DNA of 64,000 bases from an uncultured Gemmatimonadales bacterium (GTDB taxonomy: Bacteria; Gemmatimonadota; Gemmatimonadetes; Gemmatimonadales; GWC2-71-9), in assembly GCA_963697065.1 (NCBI GenBank), contig CAVOMQ010000001.1, forward strand, positions 1,410,518 through 1,474,517. Direction: 5' to 3'. Under the pieces are notes generated by a model. That model was not told the origin of the DNA. It did not search any database and was given only the letters and a program-made list of their open reading frames with translations. How positions within the stretch are numbered: the first letter of the stretch is position 1; every line of letters begins with the position of its first letter. This document shows positions 10,267 to 19,600 of the stretch, one piece after another. A program made the translations under genes and the position numbers.

Positions 10267-11474
10267 GCCGAAGCTCCGGCGGCGAGGGGTGTGGCGCGGA
10301 TCCGCTCGAGTGCCGCCACGGCGGCGCGGAGCGTCTCGGATCGCTTGCAGAACGCGAAGCGGACATAGCGCCGGCCGTCCGCGGACCCGGGACGGAAGAA
10401 ACTCGAACCCGGAACGGTCGCGACGCCGATGTCGGTGACCAGCCAGGTGGCGAAGGCCACGTCGTCAGCATCGCTCATGGCGGTGAAGTCGGCCAGGCAA
10501 TAATAGGCGCCATCGGGCACCGCGAAGCGGAAGCCGGCGCCCTCCAGGGCGCTGCTCAGCACGGCGCGGCGGTCGCGATATCCGTCTGCGAGCGTGGCGT
10601 AGTACTCGTCGCCGAAGCGATAGCCGATGGCGGCGGCTTCCTGCAGCGGGGCCGGTGCCCCGACGGTGAGGAAGTCGTGGACCTTGCGGATGGCGCCGGT
10701 GCGCTCCGGGGTCGCGATGGCGTAGCCGAGGCGCCAGCCGGTACAGGAAAACGTCTTGGAGAGCGACGAGATGGTGACGGTCCGCTCCCGCATACCCGGG
10801 AGCGTGGCGATCGGAACGTGCTCGCCGCGATAGACGATGTATTCGTAGGGTTCGTCGGTGATCACCAGCAGGTCGTTCGCGATGCACAGCTCCGCGATCG
10901 CTTCGAGCTCGGCGCGGGAGAAGACGTGCCCGGTGGGATTGTGGGGCGAGTTGAGCAGCAGCGCGCGGGTGCGCGGGCCGACGGCGCGGCGCAGCGCGTC
11001 GAGATCGACGTGCCAGTCGGGAGCGACGAGCGGCACCCACACCGGCACCGCCCCGGCGAGGATGGCATCGGGTCCGTAATTCTCGTAGAACGGCTCGAAG
11101 ATCAGGATTTCGTCGCCGGGGTCGAGCAACGCCAGCACGGTGGCCGCCGCGGCCTCGGTGGCCCCGCAGGTGACCGTGATCTCGCGTTCGGGGTCGACCT
11201 CGAGCTGGTACCGGCGATGATACTTGCCGGCGATCGCCTCGCGCAGCGATCGTGCCCCCCAGGTGATGGCGTACTGGTTGATGTCGTGCTCGATGGCGGC
11301 GCAGGCCGCTTCCTTCATCGCCGCCGGCATCGGGAAATCGGGAAACCCCTGGGCCAGGTTGATGGCGCCGTGGGCGTTGGCCAGGCGGGTCATGCCGCGA
11401 ATCACCGATTCGGTGAAGGTCGCGGTGCGGGCGGCGACGCGCTCAGGCCGGACAGTTCCGGGCGATCGGCTCAT
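10263..11474 (-). CDS. Class I/II PLP-dependent aminotransferase (YbdL / kynurenine-aminotransferase-like)
   Basis: 403 aa from ATG 11474; the track ORF extends to 11558. Motifs: 'QGFPDF', 'LLNSPHNPTGHVF', and 'SSLSKTFSCTGWRLGY' (the PLP-lysine motif). Confidence 0.9.
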   Translation of the reverse strand: MSRSPGTVRPERVAARTATFTESVIRGMTRLANAHGAINLAQGFPDFPMPAAMKEAACAAIEHDINQYAITWGARSLREAIAGKYHRRYQLEVDPEREITVTCGATEAAAATVLALLDPGDEILIFEPFYENYGPDAILAGAVPVWVPLVAPDWHVDLDALRRAVGPRTRALLLNSPHNPTGHVFSRAELEAIAELCIANDLLVITDEPYEYIVYRGEHVPIATLPGMRERTVTISSLSKTFSCTGWRLGYAIATPERTGAIRKVHDFLTVGAPAPLQEAAAIGYRFGDEYYATLADGYRDRRAVLSSALEGAGFRFAVPDGAYYCLADFTAMSDADDVAFATWLVTDIGVATVPGSSFFRPGSADGRRYVRFAFCKRSETLRAAVAALERIRATPLAAGASA

Positions 11475-11698
11475 GATGGCTGAATCTAACGCGCGAATGC
11501 GATCGCGGCGGTGCGCTGTTTGCGCCCGAAAGCGAACGCGGCAGGATCGGTTGTCCATGAAGAAGTCTTCATCGCACTTTCACTCCACCTTGGGGGATGC
11601 TCGATAAAGTACGTCGAAGCTGACCGTGAAGTGGGCCGGCCAGCGGTGCCGTGCCGTTTCAGAGCATGCACCGACGTTCACGAATCAGCCCTGTGATC

Positions 11699-11715
11699 GT
11701 ACCTGCTGGACGTAC
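11699..11715 (+). promoter_or_regulatory. Paired GTAC cores upstream of the Phd antitoxin gene (possible operator)
   Basis: cGTACctgctggacGTACg has GTAC at 11699-11702 and 11712-11715, 13 bp apart. It ends 6 nt before the AAGGAG RBS. YefM-type operators are known to carry paired GTAC cores. Confidence 0.3.
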
Positions 11716-11733
11716 GGAACAAGGAGCGGTTCG

Positions 11734-11946
11734 ATGCCCGTGCTTCGACCGTCGCAGGACGTCCGTCCGGTAACCGAATTCCGGGCGAAGGCGTCCGCCT
11801 TCCTCGATCAACTCCACCGGACCGGCCGTCCGGTCATGCTGACGCAGCATGGCCGCTGCGCCGCCGTGCTCCTCGACGTCGAAGCGTACGAAGATCTGCT
11901 CGACGAACTCACCCATTTGCGCGAACAGAACGGCGGTGGTGCATGA
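11734..11946 (+). CDS. Phd/YefM-family antitoxin with no cognate toxin gene adjacent
   Basis: 70 aa from ATG 11734, with AAGGAG 7 nt upstream. Sequence 'VRPVTEFRAKASAFLDQLHRTGRPVMLTQHGRCAAVLLDVEAYEDLLDEL'. The stop overlaps the korA ATG (ATGA). Confidence 0.8.
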   Translation: MPVLRPSQDVRPVTEFRAKASAFLDQLHRTGRPVMLTQHGRCAAVLLDVEAYEDLLDELTHLREQNGGGA

Positions 11947-13861
11947 CCGACGTGATCGGAGGGCTGGCCACGTTCGGTGCCGCCACCGACGTCACGGTGG
12001 TACGGTGCCCGGAACACACCATCGAGATCGTATCCGACGCCGGCGAGGGCGCGCAGAAGTGCGGCCAGATCTTCGGCGCGGTATCGGCCAAGATGGGCAA
12101 CGGCGTGTGGACCGTGGAGATCATTCCGGCCGAAATCCAGCCGCCGGCGCGCGTTCCCGAAGGCGCCAGCGGTTACCGGATCCGGATCGGGCTAGCGGGC
12201 CGGTCACCAATTGGGGCGACGCCACCAACCTGGCGGTGGCGTTCAACGAGCAGGTGCTGCTGGCGCGCCACCGGCTGGGCGCGCTGGCGCCGGACGCCAT
12301 GCTGTTCATCGAAGACAAGTGGGCGACCGACGATGACGCCGACATCCGGGCGGCCTGGGACGCGGCGATGGTCGAACTCGGGCAGCGCCGCTACCGGATC
12401 ATGCCGGTGCCGATGGAAGCCGAGTGCCTGACGATGGTGGACAATCCCCGCAAGGGGAAGAACATGTTCGCGCTCGGCATGCTCGCCTGGATCTACCGGC
12501 GCGACCTCGACCGCATTCGCGACCAGATCGCCTTCGCGTTCCGCAAGAAGAGCGAAACGGTGTTCGAGCAGAACGTCGCGCTTGTTGCAGCTGGGACACG
12601 ACTGGGCGGCAGGGCATCTCGACTTCCGCGTCGACGTCGCGCCCCACGCCGGCGGATGACCCGCAAGTCGTGATGAATGGCAACGAGGCGCTGGCGCTCG
12701 GCGCGATCGCGGTCGGGGATGGAACTGTGCGCGATGTATCCGATCACGCCCGCCACGTCGGTATCGCACTACCTCGGCGAAGTGTTCGAACGGTTCGGCG
12801 GGATCGTGCATCAGGCGGAGGACGAGATCGCCGCCGCGGGCGTGGCGATCGGCGCGTCGTACTGCGGGGAAGGTGGCGTTCACCGTGACGTCGGGGCCCG
12901 GGCTGGCGCTGAAGACCGAGTTTCTCGGGCTGGCGGCGATGATCGAAATGCCGCTGGTGCTGATCGACGTGCAGCGCGGCGGGCCGAGCACGGGGCTGCC
13001 GACCAAGGTGGAACAGTCGGATCTGCTGGCGGCGCTGTTCGGACAGCCGGGCGACGCGCCGCATGTCATCATGGCGCCGGCGACGATCGAAGAGTGCTTC
13101 CAGGTGATGATCACGGCGCGCCGGATCGCGGAGACGTTCCGCGACGGTCGTGATGGTGCTGTCGGACGCCAATCTGGCGACCGGAGTGACGCCGTTCCGC
13201 GCGACCGGCGCCCGACGCGCGGTGGCAGGCGGCGCCGCTCGACCTGGCACCGGTGCCGGATGGCGAGCGGCCCTACGAGTGGAATCCGCGAGACCGGACT
13301 GTCGCGCCGTTTCATCCCGGGCCAGGCCGGGCGGGATGCACACCGTCACCGGGCTGTCGCACGACGAGCGCAGCAAGGTGGCGTACAGCTCGGGCGTGCA
13401 TCAGCGCGGCGTCGGCGATGCGCAGCCGCAAGCTGGCCGTGCTGCAGAGCCTGCTGTTGCCGCCGGTCGTCTACGGTGAGCCGGAGGGCGATCTGCTGGT
13501 CGTGGGGTGGGGGAGCACGAAGGGCGCGATCGAAGAGGCGGTGGACCGGGCGCGGGCGCGACGGCGGGCGGGTGTCGTCGCTGCACCTCCGCTTCCTTTC
13601 GCCGCTCGAGCCCGGGCTCACGGCAATCTTCCGCCGGTTCAGGCAGGTGCTCACGGTGGAAATCAATTACAGCGACGACCCGGACGATCCGTTCATCACC
13701 GAGGAGAATCGCCGTCGCGGGCAGCTGAGCATGCTGCTGCGCAACGCCACGCTGGTGGACGTCGACTGCTGGACGCGTGTGCCGGGCGAGCCGCTGCGAG
13801 CCGGGCGACGATTCTCGGACGCCATCGCAGCGCGCATGGCCGCGGGAGGGTGCCGTCATGA
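11943..13861 (+). pseudogene. korA: 2-oxoglutarate/2-oxoacid:ferredoxin oxidoreductase alpha (gamma-alpha fused) subunit, frame broken at least 10 times
   Basis: Fragments across track ORFs 11943..12431, 11849..12673, 12424..12888, 12677..13153, 12873..13925, 13150..13479 and 13253..13861 read colinearly. They give 'IVSDAGEGAQKCGQIFG', 'VTNWGDATNLAVAFNEQ', 'VVMNGNEALALGAIAVG', 'MYPITPATSVSHYL', 'HQAEDEIAAAGVAIGASYCG', 'FTVTSGPGLALKTEFLGLA', 'DVQRGGPSTGLPTKVEQSDL', 'VVMVLSDANLA' and 'LLVVGWGSTKGAIEEAV'. Confidence 0.8.
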
Positions 13862-14817
13862 CGGCATCGTGCGGTCTGCTTCGCGCTGCTCGACGAGGAC
13901 GACGAAACGCCGACATACGAGTTGAGCGACTACGAGGGCGCGCGGGCGCGCTGGTGTCCCGGGTGCGGCGACCACTCGGTGCTCACCGCCGTGGAACGGC
14001 TGCTGGTGGCCGAGCAGCTCAAGCCGGAGCAGACGGTCTTCGTATCCGGCATCGGGTGTTCCAGCCGGTTTCCGCACTACCTCAAGCACCTACGGATTTC
14101 ACGGCATTCACGGCCGGGCATTCCCGATCGCCACCGGCATCCGGCTGCATCGACCCGATCTCAAGGTGTTCGTGGTGATGGGTGACGGCGACTGCACCTC
14201 GATCGGTGCCGGGCACTGGGTGCATGCGCTGCGGTACAACCCCGACATGGTGGCGCTGCTGCTGGACAACGCGATCTACGGGCTGACGAAGAAGCAGACG
14301 TCGCCCACGACGCCGCAGGGATTTCCCAGCAACACCCAGCCGTACGGCAGCTGGTTGCGCGCCGCTCAATCCGCTGTCAGGTGGCGCTCGGCGTGACCAA
14401 CGCCTCGTTCGTGGCGCAGACCGCCGAATGGGTGCCGTCGCACCTCTACGCGACGCTGCGCGCGGCCTACGCCCATCCGGGCCTGGGTTTCGTGCGGATC
14501 CTGCAGCGGTGCCCGATGTATTCGGGCGCCATCTACCAGGGCGCCGTGCAGGATCCAGCCCAGATCAACGCTGCTGGTGCACGACGACGGCGTGGTGGTG
14601 CCGGAGCTGGACCGGATCTACACGACCCAGGTGGCGCACGATCCCCATGACCTCGACGCGGCCCGGCGCCTGGCCGGACAGCACCGACCGGTTCAACTCG
14701 GCGTGTTCTTCCGCGACGTCCCGGCCGCGGTACGAGGAGATGCGGCGGGTGCCACCGCGTACCGCTGACGAGCGGCTGACGGCGCTCGAACAGGAGTTCG
14801 ACCGATATGCCGTCTGA
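13858..14817 (+). pseudogene. korB: 2-oxoacid:ferredoxin oxidoreductase beta (TPP-binding) subunit, frame broken at least 5 times
   Basis: Fragments in ORFs 13922..14185, 14166..14396, 14381..14650, 14577..14768 and 14428..14817 give 'WCPGCGDHSVLTAV', 'SGIGCSSRFPHYL', 'GFHGIHGRAFPIATG' (my translation), 'VVMGDGDCTSIGAGHWVHALRYNPDM', 'DNAIYGLTKKQTSPTTP' and the tail 'LTALEQEFDRYAV'. The ATG at 13858 overlaps the korA stop (ATGA). Confidence 0.8.
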
Positions 14818-15797
14818 TCGATCCGCGTCGCGCTGGGCGCTGGCCGCGCTGGCCAAGCCGATAGCGGAGTTCCGCGCGGTGCGTGCAGGGCGCGCTGACG
14901 CAGCGCGAACGCCTTCCTCGACGACCAGGCGGGCCATGGCGAACGCACCGGCAATGTCGCGCCGGCGCCGAGCTGGGCCCGTTCGCGGCGAGGCGCCTGA
15001 CGCCGCGGAACGCTTCGCTGCGCTCTTTCCCACAGCCGCCAGGCCGACCCGGCGGAGCTGGCAGCGCTGCGATCGCGCGGTGGCGACGCTGCAGGCTGTG
15101 TGCGCCCGGGGCGACGCGCTGTTCGTGGTCGACGTGCCGCCCGGCGGCCGGATGGCCGCGATGGTGGAACGCCGCGCTGGCGCGGCCGGCCGGGCGTTCG
15201 GCGCGGTGATGCTCGCCGAACGCGATGCGCGGACCGGGCCGGTGACGGCCGGCCGAGCACGAATCGTTGCTGTCTCGCGACGTGGAGTTTCCGGTGTGGA
15301 CCAACGACGGAGCGCCGCATCGCTCCGCCGCTGCGTGGTCGCGGTGGACGGGTCCGAGGTTCACGCCGGCGCGCTGGCGGAATTCGCCGACGGCCGCGAG
15401 AAGCTCGTGCTGGTGGTGCGCGGCGCGAGCGCGCCGGCGCCGCTGGCGCGGTGCATCACGCCGGGCACGCTGGTGCTGCAGACCGACGACGGCCGCGGCC
15501 TCGACCGCGTGGCGGCGTTCGACGGTCCGGCCATCGCCGCCATCGTGCCCGAGGGCGCCGCCGACGTTCCTGCACGATCCCGACGCGGGCCGCGAATCGT
15601 GGCAGCGCCTGACGATCTGGAACGCTGGTGAACCGCGCCCAAGGGGCATTGGCGGCGAGCAGCGCGCTGGCAGATGGAAGAGGACCGCGCTGCTTGCCGA
15701 GCTGGCGCGCACGCCGTTCGCCGTTGCCGGGCCGCGCCGGTCCGGCGCCCGGCGAGTCGGCGCGGCCGACGCCGTGGACCGCATTGCGCGTGGCTGA
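14807..15797 (+). pseudogene. Hypothetical protein between korB and rnfB, frame broken several times
   Basis: High third-position GC can be followed on the plus strand only by hopping between ORFs 14807..15631, 14883..15209 and 15267..15797. Pieces: 'ALFVVDVPPGGRMAAMVERRAG', 'RDVEFPVWTNDGAP', 'VVAVDGSEVHAGALAEFADGREKLVLVVRGASAP', 'FLHDPDAGRESWQRLTIWNAGE'. I recognise no family. The minus-strand ORFs here are R/A/P-rich shadows. Confidence 0.4.
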
Positions 15798-15832
15798 GTC
15801 GGGCAGTCCGGACTGAGGGGAGCACGCTGACG

Positions 15833-16678
15833 ATGACTCCTCCACGCCATCCTGGTGCTCGGCGGCATCGGGCTGGTCTTCGCGCTCTTCCTCGCGCTGG
15901 CCAACGCGGCTCTGGGTGTGGGAGGATCCGCGCATCGACGTGGTGGCGTCGATGCTGCCCAACGCCAACTGCGGCGCCTGCGGGCATCCGGGCTGCCGCG
16001 CGTTTGCCGAGGGCGCGGTGGCGGGAACGATCATCGCCGTCGGAGTGCACCGTGGCGAGCGACGATCGTGCACCAGCACGATCGCCGGGTTCCTGGGCGT
16101 CGACGCCGGCACCGCGGTGCGCAAGGTGGCGCGGCTGGCTGTGCGCCGGCGGCATGCGACGTGGCGGTGACCGCGCGCCGAATACCGGGGCTTGCCGACG
16201 TGCGCGCCGCGGCCGCGGTGGCGGGCGGCGGCAAGGGCTGCGCCTGGGGGTGCCTCGGACTCGGCGATTGCGAACGGTGGTGCACCTTCGACGCCATCCG
16301 GATGAGCGACACCGGGCTGCCGGTGGTCGACCTGGCGTTGTGTACGGCGTGCGGCGATTGTGTCGAGGCCTGCCCAAGGGGCTGTTCACGCTGCTGCCGC
16401 ACCGATCATCACCTGCTGGTGCAGTGCCGGAATCTGCGGTCGCGGCGACGACGCGCTGGCACAATGCCAGCGTGGCGTGCACGGCGTGCGGCAAGTGCGT
16501 GCTGGACGCGGCGCCGGGGCTGATCAGCGTCGCCAGCGGCGTGGCGGTCATCGATTACGACTCAACGCCCTGGCCGACGAGACGCGCGGTGGCGCGCTGT
16601 CCGACCGGCGCGATCGTGTGGCTCACCGGCGCCCAGTTCCAACCGGCGCAGTGCTGGCCGGGAGTGAGACGCGCATGA
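15833..16678 (+). pseudogene. rnfB: RnfB-type iron-sulfur subunit, frame broken many times
   Basis: Pieces in ORFs 15855..16523, 15916..16170 and 15674..16678 give 'ILVLGGIGLVFALFLALANA', 'EDPRIDVVASMLPNANCGACGHPGCRAFAEGAVAG', 'GGGKGCAWGCLGLGDCERWCTFDAI', 'LCTACGDCVEACPKGLF' and 'VACTACGKCVLDAAPG'. Confidence 0.75.
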
Positions 16679-19600
16679 AGCTCTGGAAGAAGGGAACGCA
16701 GCCGGCGACGCCGCTCGCGGCGCCGCCGTATCCCGGGCACGTTGCGTGCGCTCGACGGCAGCGCAGCGGTCGTGGCGATGGAGACGGCGGGCGGCGAGGC
16801 GGCCGGTGCCTATCCGATCACTCCATCGACGCAGATGGGCGAGGGGTGGGCCGCGGCGGTGGCGGACGGGCGGCGCAACGTGTTCGGGCGGCGGCTGCTC
16901 TTCTTCGAGCCCGAGGGAGAGCACGCCGCGGCGGCGGTCACCGCCGGCATGGCGATGTCGGGACTCCGGGCCACGAACTTCTCGAGCGGGCAGGGCATCG
17001 CCTACATGCACGAGTCGCTCTACGCGGCGGTGGGGAAGCGGCTCACGTACGTGCTCAACGTGGCGGCGCGCGCGATCACCAAGCAGGCGCTCAACGTTCA
17101 CGCCGGGCCACGACGATTATCACGCCGTCGACGACACCGGCTTCTTCCAGCTCTTCGCCAAGAACGTCCAGGAGGCCGCCGACCTCAACCTCATCGCGCA
17201 CCGGATCGCCGAGCTGTCGCTCAATCCGGGGATCTGCGCGCAGGACGGATTTCTCACCAGCCACGTCATCGAGACCATCCGGTTGCCGGAACCGGAGTTG
17301 ATCAGCCGCTACCTCGGCGATCCGTCGGACCGCATACCGTCGCCGACGCCGGCGCAGCGGCTGGTGTTCGGTGAGGAGCGGCGGCGCATTCCCGAGATGT
17401 TCGATCTCGACTATCCGGCGATGCTCGGCGTGGTGCAGAACCAGGACAGTTACGCGCAGGGCGTGGCGGCGCAGCGGCCGTTCTACTTCGACCACGTGGC
17501 CGCGCTGGCCGACCGGGCGTTCGAGGAGTTCGCCGGCGCTCACCGGCCGCCGGTACGCGCGCGCGGCCGGATACCGGATGGACGACGCGGAATGGGTGAT
17601 CGTGGGGCAGGGTTCGGTGGTGCCCAACGCCGAGGCGGTGGCGGATTACCTGCGCGACTCGCGCGGGCTCAAGGTCGGGCGTGTCTGAATCTCACCATGT
17701 TCCGCCCGTTTCCCGCCGACCTGGTGATCGGGATGCTGGCCGGCAAACGCGGCGTGGCGGTGCTGGAGCGCACCGATCAGCCGCTGGCGGTCGACCGCCG
17801 ATGCTGCGCGAGATCCGGGCGGCGATGTTGCAGGGCGTCGAGAACGGCAGGGCTCCGGCCAGTGGAACGGCGTCGCACGCGGGACTGCCGGCCGTTCGCG
17901 CCGAGCAGGTGCCGGACTGTCTATTCGGCGTGCTTCGGCCTCGGCAGCCGCGACCTGCAGCCGGAAGATCTCGTCGCGGCGGTCGACAACATGCTTCCCG
18001 GCGGTGCCGGCCGACGCCAGTTCTATCTCGGCATCGACTTCGTCCGTCGCGGCACGCGGCTACCCAAGTTGCAGATCTGGCAGGAACAGCTGCTCGACGA
18101 GTATCCCGGGCCTGGCGAATCTGTCGCTGCCGCGTGGCACGAGTGTGAACCTCTTGCCGGCGGGATCGACCGCGGTCCGCATCCATTCGGTCGGCGGGTG
18201 GGGCGCCATCACCATGGGAAAGAACCTGGCGATGACGTCGTTCGAGCTGTTCGGCATGGACATCAAGGCCAATCCGAAATACGGCTCGGAGAAGAAGGGC
18301 CAGCCGACGACGTTCTACGCCGTGCTGGCGCACGAACCGATCCGGCTCAACTGCGAGTTGAAACACGTCGACGTGGTGTTGTCGCCGGATCCCAACGTCT
18401 TCCGCCACAGCGATCCGCTGGACGGGCTCGCCGACGACGGCGTGTTCGTGATGCAGAGTGACCTCGATCCCGAGGCGTTCTGGGCCACGCTCCCTGCCCG
18501 GGCCCGCACCGCGATCCGCGCCCGGCGGATCAGGGTGCTACGTGCTGGATGCATTTGCCATTGCCCGCGAAGAGGCGAGCGACGCCGAACTGCGGTACCG
18601 GATGCAGGGCGCGGCGTTCCTGGGAGCGTTCTTTCGCACCGCGCCGCTGCTGGAGCGGGAAGGGGCGAGAGAAGACCGCCTCTTCGAGGGAATCCGCGGG
18701 CAGCTGACGAAGAAGTTCGGTCATCGCGGGGCGGCGGTGGTGGACGACAACCTGCGCGTCATCCGGCGTGGCTTTGACGGAAGTGCACGCGGTGCGCTGC
18801 GACGGAGACCGAGGGTGCCGACGCGCCGGGTGCGGTGCCGCACATTCCGGCCTTGCTCGACATGGCCGACGCCGAGCCGGGGGTGGGCAACGCCGGCCGC
18901 TTCTGGGAGCAGGTGTGCGCCGTCTGCGCGCTCGGGCAGGACGGGATTGCCGATCCGTTCGCCGCCATCAGCGCCATTCCGGCTGCCACCGGAGCGGTGC
19001 GCGACATGAGCGGTATCCGGATGGAAGTGCCGCGGTTCATCGCCGAGCGGTGCACCGGGTGCGCGCAGTGCTGGGTTCAATGTCCCGACTCCGCGATTCC
19101 GGGGCTGGTCAACAGCGTCGAGGATCTGTTGACGACGGCGGTGGCGGTGGCGGCGGTGGGCACGTCGCTCGATGCGGTGCGGCCGATTCTCAAGCCGTGG
19201 GGCCGCGAAGTCGCAGCGCCTGCTGGCGAAGGAGCCGGCGCTGTGTGTCCCGGAGGCGTTTGCCAGGGGGTATCAGGCGGCGGTGGCCAGGATGGAGTGG
19301 GACGCCGACCGTGCCGCGACTGTCGGCGCGGCGGCGGAGCTGGTGCAGGCGCGACTGGCCGAATTCCCGCTGGCCCGGACCAGGCCCTTCTTCGACGCCG
19401 TCGAAGGGCGGCAGAAGAGTGGCGGCGGACTGTTGTCGGTGACGGTCAATCCGGAAGCGTGCAAGGGGTGCAACCTCTGTGTGGCAGTGTGCCCCGACGG
19501 CGCGCTGGTGACGGTCAGGCAGGACGACGCGACGCTGGAGCGACTGCGCCGCAACTGGGCACTGTGGCAGCGGTTGCCGGACACCGACGACCGGTTCGTG

